Assembly (NCBI GenBank): GCA_021613535.1
Contig: CP075493.1
Span: 11,346,001 to 11,410,000, forward strand
DNA: 64,000 nucleotides
Origin: Adineta vaga
Taxonomy: Eukaryota; Animalia; Rotifera
Reading direction: 5' to 3'
Part shown: in pieces, positions 11,827 to 25,000 of the stretch
How the letters are laid out: every line of letters starts with the position of its first letter
Numbering within the stretch: position 1 is the stretch's first letter
Program-made: the position numbers and the translations under genes
Notes under the pieces: generated by a model
Told to the model about the DNA's origin: nothing
What the model saw: only the letters and a program-made list of their open reading frames with translations
Database searches by the model: none

Positions 11827-14028
11827 TTACATATACGTTTGACCAAGTTGCAAAGCTTCTTCATACGCTTGAATGCTATGTGTGAGTTTATTTCGAAGAA
11901 CTGTTTGTTTGTGTGGTTCACGCATGTATTGAAGCAGTTGTGATGAAGGTATTGAAGTGCTCAATAGTTGATCTATTTTCAATGCACATTTTGTGATGAA
12001 TTTATAATAGCATGCCTGTGTGATACTATCAGTCATACGTTTTTCCACAACCTAGAAAAGAAAACAAACGCTTGAGCTGTTTTATTTACCAACGATGAAA
12101 TCGGATGTTTTACCTTGGAATATGAATGTAAGGCAATTTGAATATCCATTGCTGCTTGTGCTTCATTAGATACAGATGCATAAGCAATTGTACTACTAGT
12201 GGTAGACGTTTTTAGATTCGGCAAAACTGCTACTTTTGAAAAATTAACCGATGCCGATGCAGCAATACTTGGTTGATTGTCTGCATTGTTTTCCTTTTTA
12301 TTCTTTTCTTTGATTTTGTTCACCGTGTCCATATAGTAGTGATTGAGAGTGAATACACGTCGTTCCATGTCAAGTATTTCTAAAACATGTTCTAATAGCT
12401 TCTCTTTTACATCATTTAATTGTTTAACAATAATTTCTTTCAAACGTTCATTCAGACGAGGATAATTTTTGTTAAAGGCTAATTCAAATAATCGTAACAA
12501 CGATTGACTCATGTAATCGTGCATCCGTTCAACTACATTATGACAGCATTGTGGTAACTTTTTCAGTTCTTTTCGGAAGAGACCGACAATAATTTGATAA
12601 CTTGGAAAATTAGGTAGAGAAATGCCACCTGTTCGATCGATTTCACGAAGAACGATTTTACGATACTGATTTGAAAAAAAGTTTGTATAACTTTTTTGAC
12701 ATTCATCTTGAAATGTACGTTGTATTTGGTATACCTGGTATGCAATATGATTCTCGTTATCTTCATCATTTTCATCGGCTTCATCGGATGCAAGTTCCTC
12801 TTCCTCCTCCTCCTCTCCTTCTTGAGGCTCATTATCGGAAATCGTTTTAGAATTTGTCGGTGTGGTAACACTTTCGAGAGTATCCGTCGATACCAACTGA
12901 TGTACTCGCCTTTCACATTGTCACAAATACTTTCTCGAAATGTATTGACCATTGATTGAAAACAGGCCCAGCATTCAATTTCAGTATTTATAGAAATTGG
13001 AATTTTTTTCAATCGAACTTTCTTTTCAACGATTTGTTTTTTTAATTCTTTGATAATGTTCGGAAATGTCGAACGAATACGTTCTTGCTGAATGGTAGCT
13101 AAACGTCGAATTAATTGTTCACTACCTTTGAATTCATCCGGTAGATTTTGAAATGCTTCTTTATGTTTAATGAAGAATTGCTTTTCACGTTTTTTCATTT
13201 CATCGAATGATATATTCTGATCAATTTCATCTTGATTTCTATTGAGAACAGCAACACAACCCAAGTGAAGATCCATTGAACCCGATCCCCGACCCTGTAA
13301 TTTGTCTGCAATGCCTTTATCGTATTTATCAATTTTGGAAGCTGCAATCAGTTGTCGTTGACATAAAGGATCGAATTTCTTTGCAAGTTTCATCGATTCT
13401 GATGTTGTAAAATCAACAGATGCTGGAATGACATGTAGCACAATCTAAATATATAAGATAAATAACTGTAAGTGATAACTTACAAAATTGAAAATTATTT
13501 ACTGCAGTAGGTGGTTCAATATATTTATTGATTAAACTTAAAATTTGTTCATGAATATTATCTGATTGACCGGACACTGCATTTCGTGTGATACCTGGAA
13601 GATCAATAAGTGTTAGATCATACAGGATATCGCGTTTGTATACTGTTAAATAGATAGGATCTGAGCTGGTCTGTTCCTTTACCCGCGATTTCTGATGTTA
13701 ATTGATTAACTTTATCAGCAATCTTTGTAAAATCATCAATACGAATCTCTTTCGTCGAACCAACGCTTCCACGTATTATTGCATATTCCTTGTCTGTAGT
13801 TGTTGTTTTCATTCGTAGTTCCAGTGGACAACGAGTACAAATGTTTTGTGCACGAGGTAATTGAATACCACATATAGCTTCTAATACCGATGATTTGCCC
13901 ACAGATTGATCACCAACCACTACAATTTCTGGTAGAGTAATTTTTTCTCCTTGTAAAACTTCACGCATTCTATCTACCGCCAATAGAAGACCACGTGATT
14001 CTTCGCTGTTCAACTGTTCACTTAACAT
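11827..14028 (-). pseudogene. Mx/DRP4-like dynamin-family GTPase with two exonic frameshifts (pseudogene or assembly error)
   Basis: G1 GDQSVGKSS, G2 CTRCP, G3 DLPG, G4 SKID, stalk FTLNHYYMD and a GED. Frameshifts at about 13670 (GTD/SSDPIYLTV) and about 12900 (KGEY/QLVSTD); two short introns. Confidence 0.8.
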
Positions 14029-14644
14029 ATTGCTTGGAAGTAAATAAAAAGAAGTGCTAATACGCTCGTAGCTGACGCAGTTCGCACGTTAATTTATACC
14101 TCAATACGACTGGTAAAAAACCCAACGAAAATTCTTTTTTCTCTTAAAAAACAAAGGTAAATTATTCAAATAGTTTTTGATATGCTGCAACAGAATTCTT
14201 ATCTTAAATACGTCTTACTCGTACATTTTCGTTTTTCTGTTTAGAGATAATATAACCAATCTATTTAGATATTTAACAACCTGATTAGTTGTTGTTAAGC
14301 ATATGAAACATTTTCTTGCAACGTATAAAATCTCATAAGCGTTTTTATTCACCTGAAACTAACATTCAGATGGTGGATAAGAACAAAAGAAAAGAAAAAT
14401 ATGAATGCATTTTATTTCATCTATTTCATACGGGTTGATTCTGCTAAGAATGTTCTATGGTTACGTTTTCAATGCCAATAGTGCTGCTATTCTTTTCTAC
14501 AACGATGATGAAAGATTATACTTTATTATGAGAATAAGATGCGTAACAGTGTATCATATCAAAACGAAAGTGAAATTGATCTTTATAAAAGTTCCTTGAC
14601 TTCGTTTATTATGAAAAAAGTTTCACATTATATATAGATATAAA

Positions 14645-15996
14645 TTAAGATGATAGATTTGTCGCAGAATGGAATTTACCGGCAAATAACGTAAGATTTT
14701 GTCTTATTTCACGAATATAAAATAAAAATGGACGATCAGCTCGAAATACAATTGGGGGAGGTTGTCGCACTCTTGCACATGATAATGACGCTATAAGAGC
14801 TGTAGCAGCAGCTGCTTCTGTACCTAAAACATACAAAATGATTTATTTTATTAGATACTACTACTATTCGTTCTTACCATGTTCATTAACATCAATAAAT
14901 GCTTTGTGAACGACCTAAAATTGTTAATGAAAAACAATACATTTCTTGATCAAACGATTCTTTACTTTGCTAATAAATAAACTAGAACCACTCTCTTGTT
15001 TACTAACGATACCACTGAGATCGGCTTTCTTTTCATCAAATGCATTTCGCATTCCAAGTTGTTCTAAAACGGCATTTAATTCAAATTTTGTTTCCATTTT
15101 AAATTTTGGTATATGTAATAATATTTCTTGTGATGTTGTATTTTGTTGATTGAGAACATCTTGTAATAGATTAGGTTTTGAAGCAAATGTTTGTTCAATT
15201 TCAGATAATAAAACACCTACATTTGGTAAAACAACTGTAAAAACAAATTTAACATCTTTATTCGTATTTTTATAGGGCATATGCACGATCTGTATCTGTA
15301 ATTGTTTATTTTCTGCATAAGCAAATCTTTCTTTTTGATACATCAATTTAATTTTCGAAGTATTCCCATTAGCTTCATGGAAATCTGCATTTTGATCAGT
15401 TGAATGTTCATTAAATTCTCGGATCCATGTTCCCTTGAGAACAAAGAAATTATTATAACAATAACAAAAATTATTCTACTCACTTTAAAATAAATACAAT
15501 TAATGATAACCAATCGTGTATCTCTTGTAATGTCATTGGGTGTAAGTAAATTACGTATTAATCTATTTGTTTGTTCTTCAACCCAAATATTAATTGTTCG
15601 AACAACTTTTTCACTTTCATTCACAAAATCTTCAAGTTTAATATCCGCTGAAAAAGATTTTTGAACAAGTTGTAAATAATCATCGCGAAGTTGAAAGGCC
15701 TTTTGTGAATAAAGACGATTGGCTAATTTTAATTGAATTTGTCGATCTTGTTCAGCAAGAGAAAAAACATTGAGAATTTGTTGTGATGTTTTAATTAATT
15801 CTTCTGTTGATGTAAATTCAAGTGCATGTAACATTTGATCTAATGTTTCTTCTCGAGCGCCAACAGTACACATTGATATAGCTAAAGCAATACTTGCTGG
15901 AGACAAAAATATATTTTGATCAGTATGATTTTGATTCAGAGTTGAATAAAGTTTCTGACCAAAATGTTCGAAACCAGTTGTCGCAGATGCTCCCAT
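14645..15996 (-). CDS. Intracellular inhibitory-type serpin, 4 exons
   Basis: NIFLSPASI, INCIYFKGTW, IPKFKME, hinge EHGTEAAAAT and FRADRPFLF; three short introns; no signal peptide. Confidence 0.92.
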
Positions 15997-16418
15997 GTTT
16001 TGGTTTTTTTTGTATATGTGTGAAGAAAATTGAATTATCAGAGGTTTTTCATATACCGATATCCTTTTATCAATATTTATTCTTTATTTTGTAGATAAAG
16101 AAACTCATTATATGAATAAGAAATGTGTCATTACACATAGTGAAAACGTGTAAGTTTTTCTTATATTCTATTAGTCACTCGCATGAAGAAAATTTGATTG
16201 TTATCGATAGAGAATTTATACTCTAGCATCGTTGTGACGTTTATTTGTTGGTTTGACAATGATTAATCATTTTCTAATCGCTGAAATTAAAATGAACAGA
16301 ATGTTAAATTTATCGTTCATATTTTATCTTCTTGTACAAAACGATCATAAATTTTAACTCGTTGAAATTATCATGACAAGAATATCTATTGATGGCTTTT
16401 TCTGATATAGTTTAGTCG

Positions 16419-17345
16419 ATGAATCCATCGGATGTTTTTATCATACCTATTTCAATTCGATTTTGGTTTTTTCTTATTTCGAATATTCTCTCAGTTATTT
16501 GTTCATTCTTTGTTCTTTTTCATCTTTTATCTGATCGAATTCTCCGTCACGCTTTGCATAATCATGTTATTATTCTTCTTCTTCTACTTGGTTTAACTTA
16601 TGAATTAATAACTGTACCGTTGATGTTGTATTATTATCAAACTAGTGAGACTTGGCAAATATCAGCAAGTTTTGCAAATTTTTGGACATTTATTGATTAT
16701 CTATGTTTTACAACACACTTAATGGGATTTGCTTGGGCTTCGATCGAACGACATATTCTCATATTCCATCATCAATGGATATCAACAAATATCAATCTAT
16801 TTTTCATACATTATTTTCCTTCCATCATACTTTTGATCTATTGTTTTCTGTATCATTTTATATTGATTCTGTTTCCCTTTTGTGGATCTTCGACGCTTAT
16901 GTCACCATTCAATGGTGTTCCTGTTCCTTGTATTCTATCCTATCCATCGTTTATCAAATGGGATGCTATTTGTCATCAAATGATTCCAACATTTATTATT
17001 GGTATATCGAGTATTGCATTATTTATACGTGTTCTTCGACGTAAAACTCGTTTAAATCAATCGATTCATTGGCGTAAACAGCGACGAATGATCATTCAAT
17101 TATTATCAATATCCACTCTTTATTTTATATTTATGAGTCTACGAATGGCTTCACAATTCTGTATATTAATCGGTCTATCAACAGATGATGTCATGGCACT
17201 ATATTTTCATGGTGCATTCTTGGCAATTTATGTTGTATTTCTTTTTCCATTTGTTTGCTATGCAGCAATGCCTGAATTGGGAAAGAAATTGAAAACAATA
17301 TGTCAGACGCATTCAAAGCGAAGACGAACAATTGATCCTACCTAA
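16419..17345 (+). CDS. Rhodopsin-like 7TM GPCR
   Basis: Seven hydrophobic segments, WASIERH (ERY-like) and WRKQRRMIIQLLSIS; intronless. Confidence 0.85.
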   Translation: MNPSDVFIIPISIRFWFFLISNILSVICSFFVLFHLLSDRILRHALHNHVIILLLLLGLTYELITVPLMLYYYQTSETWQISASFANFWTFIDYLCFTTHLMGFAWASIERHILIFHHQWISTNINLFFIHYFPSIILLIYCFLYHFILILFPFCGSSTLMSPFNGVPVPCILSYPSFIKWDAICHQMIPTFIIGISSIALFIRVLRRKTRLNQSIHWRKQRRMIIQLLSISTLYFIFMSLRMASQFCILIGLSTDDVMALYFHGAFLAIYVVFLFPFVCYAAMPELGKKLKTICQTHSKRRRTIDPT

Positions 17346-17642
17346 AAACGGTTCGTAGATGTTATATTTTTTTGAGAAAAATAAAAAGCAATCCTAATTT
17401 GTGTACAATTTTCAATTCCGTAGAATACAGCACATGACTGCTCCCATCTATCGTTCATAGATATGCTTGACTTCTCGTTCTCTTTTTTTTTTATAACTAG
17501 TTACCATTGGCTTTCATTCAGCAAACAGGCATAGAATGTGCCGATGAGTAAGTTTTTCTTTTGCAACTATTACGTATTTCATTTATTTTTCTCTTCCTCT
17601 TCTGGAGTTTAATTTCTGAAATTTTGCAAATCATCAAACAAA

Positions 17643-18051
17643 ATGCAATCATCGATGTTTCTTTCTACTGTCACTCTATTGCTTATTCAATTCGTTTACA
17701 ATGTATATGCCGACGATCGGCCTATTATTATCGGATCCAGTGTAGGCGGTGTTTTGGTATCGGTAAGTTTGAATTTAACATATAGTGTACACTTGTATCT
17801 TCCCTGTTATTTTAGATCATTTTAATTCTTGATTTAATTGCCATTTTTGAGCTTTTACGATCAAGTGGACGTGGAGCATGTTCTAAACTTATTTGGATCT
17901 TGATCATTTTCTTCTTTCCTATTGGTGGTAAATTTTCAATTAATTTTATCTTCTACATATTTTGATTCGTTTTATGTTACATATCATTTAAGGTCTCATT
18001 CTTTACTGGTGTTGTGCTCGAAATCGTACTGTCGATCAAATCGTCGTCTAA
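17643..18051 (+). CDS. Small membrane protein with a stand-alone PLDc_N-like domain, 3 exons
   Basis: Spliced product MQSSMFLSTVTLLLIQFVYNVYADDRPIIIGSSVGGVLVS|IILILDLIAIFELLRSSGRGACSKLIWILIIFFFPIG|GLILYWCCARNRTVDQIVV*; the KLIW..I...P..G.ILY pattern matches PLDc_N. Confidence 0.75.
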
Positions 18052-19283
18052 ACAATGAACTAACAGATACGCTTTCTTAATTTTTTCATCATTGTAAACA
18101 CGCTGAACTAAATAAAATTGTGAATATTATAAATCGATTTTTCAATCATACTAATGACTATACAAATCTTGAGGGTGTATATCTAATAAAACATGTTGGT
18201 CAATATTTTGTTAGTAATCGAGTAACTTATCATTAAATAAAAGATATTCGTAACGATCCATCGAAATATAAGGATTAATTATACATACATTCAGATCGGA
18301 TAACTACGCATAAATATGTATGCACTTCTTTGCTTCAAGGTAAAACCAAATAACACACAATGTTTCGTCATCGAAATAGACAATTTCGACTTGCCCATAG
18401 TAACTCTTCAATAGATTCCAAAAAATATATACAAAAACTATTGCTTAACATGGGCAAAATTAACTCGAATAAAAGATATTGAAATCGCCCGACAATTAGG
18501 AAGTAATAAACAAAAATTTGGTTATATTCGTAGTAAAAAATTAATAACAGGTCGTAAATTAGATGTTAAACGTAAAACATATATTTAATTCCTTCATGAA
18601 ACCAATCTTTCTTTATGCACATGTAGCTAATGTAATTTTACCGAATGGTACATGACTAGTTGATAAAAGAAATTTAATACTTCCTGATAATGCTAAACAC
18701 GATGTGAGTATGTATAATCCATGAAATATTTATAGATATTCTTTTTGTTTTCATTTAATGTTCTGGTATTCCTCCAGATTGGTATGAAGTCTATCGAATA
18801 ATCTATAGAGTATTATTTTCCTTACATAAGAGATCGAGTTTGACTGCGATATGATAAGTAAACTGTTGCTCATTATACTACTAGTAAGTCTTCAATTTGA
18901 ACACAATATATGAAAATATATTTAATGGCACCAGAAAGTAATGGTACATGTACTTTAGACAATATTGAGTTAGGAATTAAAGAAAAACAAGTCTAATTAT
19001 TTAAAGATAAAAAAGTAGTTTTGCTCATATAAAAACCAGTTGATAATCATGATTCTGTGAGCATGAACGTACAGCATTTCAACATCACGACAAAGTATGA
19101 TGTTTCGGAATAACAACATGAAGTTGAGGAATACATACGATTGATGGAATCTTCCTGTTCAATAGTCATATCAGCTATTGTTTTGCAGCCTTTATTGTGA
19201 ACTATTTACAGAAATGGTTGTCATCGAAAATAATTATTTGGTTAGAAAAATTTGACATACATAGTTCTGCACTCCGAAACGAA

Positions 19284-19574
19284 TCTATACATAACTACAA
19301 ATGTGTGTCTGTATGTCACAATAGTAAAAACAATGCGAGTTTTTGAAAGTTAAAAGTACACAAACACTTTGTTGCAGTTGACAACGCCGTACGTGTATGT
19401 TGATTATAACATTAATTTTGTTCAGCTCGTTTTCACACGCCTCTCGAGAAATCTTCATACTGTAACTATACACTCGCACTGTAGCGATAGCAACGTTGTA
19501 ATGCTACGTTTTGTTTGATGCACGTATATATATAGAGAGAGAAAGAGAGATTGAAATGCATAGCAATTGTCTAG
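19284..19574 (+). mobile_element. Possible non-autonomous Helitron-like element
   Basis: Starts A|TCTATACATAA...TGTGTGTCTGTATGTC and ends CTAG|T; internal imperfect hairpin at about 19480-19508. No coding sequence. Confidence 0.4.
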
Positions 19575-19816
19575 TAGACATCGTAAAATAGAAGGCAAGT
19601 TATTCAAAGTGATGAAGTGGTTGTTTTGTATTGTTTGTATCGCTCAGTTAGTTGTAATCTCTCCAAACTGATCTTTTCCTACACAAAGAGATAGAAAAAT
19701 GATAGTTACCTCCTCTATTTAAATCTGTCATAGATTTTTCGAATCATTTCTCTATCATTGATTATATCAAAACCGTAGTATTGCTTAATTTATCTTTTCT
19801 GTAAATCGGTTCATTG

Positions 19817-20569
19817 ATGATCAATCCTACCACACGCCCGAGAAAGAAATTTGACCAAACAAATTTCACTAGGATGGACGAGTCATTGACTGAAATTTCG
19901 ACGTAAGTTATTCTACATTTATCTACAGTACATCAATATATCTTGACTATATTTATGTTATCAGAGGTGATAGAAAAAGAAAAATTTCTCTTAATTTTAT
20001 TACTATTTATTATCGTTGTATCTGTATGTGCAGCGATAAAAATACAGTTATAGCTTCGGTGACAACAGGTATGCAGATAATAAATAAAAAGAAGAGCTTG
20101 AGATCGATTTTATATATCTAGTATTCGTTTTGAATTTGTAGTAACAACAGTAAAGACTACTACAGCTACATTGGTGACGACGAATACTACAACAGGTATG
20201 TTACTTACTGCAAAGTTTCGTAAGAATTACATATTAATTGCTAAGGACTGTTTCTATTGACGTTTTGTGAACAGATGTATGTCACGAGAAAGAAACTCTG
20301 CTCTATAACACACACACGATCACTTAGAAAAACAAAGAAAAGGACAGTCAAAAATAATCTATAGTAACTCGTAACATACTCAACTGTTAAAACGTTTCGA
20401 TATATTTATTTTTATCAGTTTTTTTTTGTTTCTCTAGTTAATTTATGTAGTTATTAGTGGAAGTCCAAATGGAATTACGACCGGTGATTTTAATGATGAT
20501 AGTAAGATGGATATAGCTACTGCAAATGCAGGAAGTAGTACAGCACAAATCTTCTTCAATCCATCCTGA
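19817..20569 (+). pseudogene. Disrupted type II membrane gene: TM + Thr-rich exon + one terminal FG-GAP repeat
   Basis: Short exons with GT-AG ends; frameshifted TM exon (FLLILLLFIIVVSVCAA); Thr exon VTTVKTTTATLVTTNTTT; last exon holds only GSPNGITTGDFNDDSKMDIATANAGSSTAQIFFNPS*. Confidence 0.6.
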
Positions 20570-20991
20570 TGTACTGCACTTACACTTTTAATATTTGTTT
20601 TATACAAGAAAAGATGTAAATATATTTTATGAATAAATGATTCATTCTGTCATAGGAGGTTTCGTGTACCCGCAAACATAGAACATCAATATTAATTATT
20701 ATAAAGAATACATCAACAAGTAAAACAAAAAATAAATGTACTAGTAGTATTTTCTAGTGATGAATTTTTCTAGAAAATAATCACAGACGAAATAAGAAGT
20801 TTCTGGAGAATATTCTTTTTTTTTATATGACTCATTGAATAGAGAATATGCACATATACATGTGAATAATCAATTGATATCGCTATTTTTATTGATCTAG
20901 ATTTTATTTCTGTATTTGTTTCTTTTTTTCATAAATACAAAAAGTGTTTTCATTGTTGGGAACTAACGAGTGAAAAATTAATAAAAATATT

Positions 20992-21066
20992 CATTCTACG
21001 TACTTTTCTTTCCATGCTTTGTTGCCTCTCGTCACTGATTTTCCACTGGAAATATCTATTTATATT
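20992..21066 (+). promoter_or_regulatory. Conserved promoter block of His-rich gene copy 1
   Basis: Aligns with 26692-26766 and begins the same 145 bp upstream of the ATG; contains ATTTTCC and a TATA-like element. Confidence 0.6.
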
Positions 21067-21136
21067 ACATATATTTTCTCTCATACCCTAGTATTCAGTC
21101 ATTTCAACAATTCTTTCTCTTCATACGACATACAAA

Positions 21137-21409
21137 ATGAGCAATCCTACTGGAATGCATACTAGAACCGCTCAACATTTTCGCAATGTTGGTGCTCAAC
21201 TACGTAATGCCGTTAATCAAAACAGTGGACAAAATCTTCATTCTGCTCACGGTTCAGTGCATCGATATCAACCAAGCCATGGAATAGCTTATGCATCCAA
21301 TCCTGTTCATAACAACTATCATTATTTCGATATGCATTCTCTGGCAGAGGATTACACATATCAATTTGTCAAACTCTTTCTGCACTACATGATTCATCCT
21401 AAGAGATAA
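21137..21409 (+). CDS. Orphan His/Asn/Gln-rich small protein (90 aa), paralogue of 26837..27106
   Basis: Ungapped alignment with 26837..27106 (36/89 identical by hand); AAAATG start context. Confidence 0.8.
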   Translation: MSNPTGMHTRTAQHFRNVGAQLRNAVNQNSGQNLHSAHGSVHRYQPSHGIAYASNPVHNNYHYFDMHSLAEDYTYQFVKLFLHYMIHPKR

Positions 21410-22096
21410 AACAATCCTTTCATCAATAATCTTCAAACGTGTCTATTGTTTCTCGGCAAGATAAACATATCTTTTTTTGTAGTTATTTGTATTCTTGATA
21501 GAAAGAGATATATTTATTAACAGAATGAATAAAAAGCTATAAGCAATAACGCGATCACCAAATAGACGACCACATTTGATGATGTTACTAGAGAAAATAT
21601 AATCATATAACTAGTACAATACGTGATTGAAATCTTTTTGTTAATGGATAATATTGGTTCTTAAGATCAAATGTAAAAGAACGATTGAAAATATTCGTGA
21701 TAAAAGTGAATACTAGTATAAGAACCTTTCTGATGTAAAAATATAGAGTAAAGAATACTAAATTACAGTTTAATTATATAAATCTCAGATTATTATGTGT
21801 TTCTATCGCATGCAATAAAAAATAATATACATTTCTTTCCAATTGATTCGTGTTCTTCCACGACATTCATGTCAATCTGTGGTGATAAATAAATGAGTCA
21901 CTGGAAAATATGACTATTACGAATAGAATTACACTGAATGAGACCATCCTGAGAGTGAGTGGATATCAAAAGAGAAGAGCAATCTACACTAAAAACGACA
22001 TCGTTCATCATTTTTGAAGTATTCATGGATGCATTTTATTTTAAAAATTAAATGAAGATTTAGATTTAGACAAAAATCATCGTGCTCATGATCTTA

Positions 22097-25000
22097 TTAG
22101 AAAATTTTTTCAATAAAATTCTTCGTTGATTGAACATGTTTACTTGCGGTGCATGAAGACAGTGTGTTGCAAATACCAGTTGACTGATGAACTAATTCAG
22201 GAGCTTGGTAGACATTAATGATATATCGTCCAACATTGACTCCAATCTAAAATTGCAGTTTTGAATTAAGAAAAAAAAACTTGTTGCTTTTCTACTATAT
22301 CTATAGTGTAATTACTCCAAAATAAAGTTGTCATTAAATTAAAATTTGTGCCATTAGCAGTGAGAAGATCAATGTTTACCTAGTGTGGAACTAAACTCAA
22401 TGAGCGGATTTTAAATGAGCTTAACACCATGAAAATGGCAAATTGGGATAATCTTACATATGTTGTTTTGTATATTACTTTTGGCTCTACAAAAATCCTT
22501 CGAAACAGTGTTTTGCTTAGCAAGAGTTTTTTTTTGTATATAATCTATTCTATATGTTTGCTAATATCGGAACTAAACTTGAAGATTTATTCCAACACAT
22601 AGATGATGTTAGTTTGCCGTAGTTCACTACTTTTATTCTTCTTTATCAGTATAAGTCGTGTGTTCAGAATTGAAGCATGTGATCGATGTGAGTCTGTTGC
22701 TGAAAAACTAAGAAAAAAAACTTTATGACAACGAGTATACTTACGTCACGTATTACAATTGCTGTAAAGTTTGCTTGCTCATAATGAACTGTCAGCGTTT
22801 CGTGTGTGAACGTCTTAATTAAAGACGGATTGATTCCTATACAAAAATTTCTTTACTTTCCATAATAATCAATCTATCTCACCGTTTTGCTCACACTCCA
22901 TCCAATCAGCTTCTTGTCCTAAAACTGTAACTGTGCAGAGTGCACTACTCGAAATTCCACCAAACAAAACTAGTGTCAACTAAAGCAATATATACACACG
23001 TAAATATTTCATATATAATATTAACTAATTATATACTTCTTCGATGACGGAGCCTGTGGTGCGAATAGTAAATCGGATATATTTATTTTTGACTAACTCG
23101 AAGTTTGCTGATTGCCCTGAACAGGATCGAGTTGGTGGTGTTGCTTGATTTGTGGGATGCCATGTCTGAACATATATATCTTGATAGATAGAACACTTGA
23201 ACGATGCAAGGGGAATAACCGTCGTGGTCATTGCTATAAATATAAAAGGCGGATTTATCGATTCGAGAAAATGTATACAGTCTAGTTATTAGCCATTAGT
23301 CTCATATTTAAATCATTCAATATTCATTCACTAAATAAATATATATATATATATATGATTGCCTACTGATGAATATAATGTGGTACGACGTCTTATTATA
23401 AAGATGAAGTTTCTCGATGTTTCTTTTATCTTTCAATGTGAAAATACTTTACGAGTTGTAAAAGCGTACGATGATGTTTCTATTTAATATCTATCAATAA
23501 CATCTGGATATCTATCCTCAAATGAATGGAAGAAAGCGAATATTATGTATAGTAATATTGATCAAACAGAAAGTAAAAGAAACGTTAAAGCTAAAACTAA
23601 TAATGTATATCCATGTATGATATAGAAACAATTATATTTAAACTAACGTGTAGTAGTCGTCACTGTACTTTCACTTGTTGTTGTTGTCGATAGCGGCGCT
23701 GTTGTCGAACGCGGTGTTGTTGTCAATAGCGGCGTTGTTGTCGAACGCGGTGTTGTTGTCAATAGCGGCGTTGTTGTCGAACGCGGCGTTGTTGTCGGTA
23801 ATGGTGTCGTCTAAAAGAATAGCTTGTTCTAAATATTACATACATGTTATATCCTACCGCTGCTGTTGTTGTTGAAAGGCCAAGCAATTGTGGTACTTCA
23901 GCTTGAGCTTCTTTAATAGCTTCGTCCAATACAGCAGTAGCTTCTTGTATGCTCGTATTTATGACTTGCTGAATTGAATCGATTGATGTCATGTCACTAG
24001 TAAGTTCTTCGATCATCAGTACACTGACCATACTCTCAGCCGCCTAAAGATAGTTTATATATCTTATGATCAAATCACGAACCGCATTGATATCACTAAC
24101 CTTCGGTTGTCCTGTGAACATTAAATCTTCTATACAACCCGTCAATGCATTTAAAATAGTATCGTTCATATTGGCATTTCGTTGATGTGGTGCTCGTCGA
24201 CTTTTACCTAGGTAGGTACTAACATGAACGCCACAAATAGATTCTGCTTGACTGCGTGTTATAGTTCGAGCTTGAGGATGAATACTTTCATCGTCTAGTT
24301 CTGAATCTACTGGCAGTGCTTTCAGCTGACATTCCTGGTCAAACTGTGTACATATGCCCGTTGATTTCAAAGCAAGATGAGCGGGTTGCCACACATGAAT
24401 ATTGAAATGAGGTGTATATTGGCGAGATTTTCCCTGGGAAGGTCAAATAAGATTATTAGAGGCCATATTGAGGGTATATATGTGGGTGAATGTACTCAAA
24501 AACATGATTGAACACAAGATTCCATCAACCGCATTGTCATTCACATTCGCTCATACTCTCAAGATATATTAAACTCACTTGAAACAAAATCATTATCGCA
24601 TTTGTGTGCGTTTTTGTATGTCAGTTAAAGATGAAAACTCAAGGAGTTAAATGCTGATCCTGAGAGAATTCAAAATTTCGGCGAGATCCTAAAACCGATA
24701 TTCGATAAGAACCGAACCCCATACAAAATTGTCGAAACTAATAAGGATGCAATAAGTCTACTATAACTTACCTAAGTCCATCCTTCCTACTCATAGTTCG
24801 TTCGAGTACATAAAAGTTAGATACTATAATAGATCTCACGATCTGCCTTTCTCCCCCTCGGGAAAACTTGTCTTTTTTAGATACAAGTTATTGTTTTAGT
24901 GAAAAATGATTCAGAACGCTTATCTTGTTTCTGTTTTTACTGAAATCTCTTTCGGTCAATGTTATAGAGAATACGTAAAAAATATTGTAACAGTGTGCAT

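Noticed and set aside
12890-13680. Programmed frameshifting in the Mx-like gene
   Set aside because: No slippery heptamer or evident stimulatory structure at either site.
23675-23875. Plus-strand LLSIAALLSNAV repeat ORF
   Set aside because: Antisense shadow of the Thr-rich exon.
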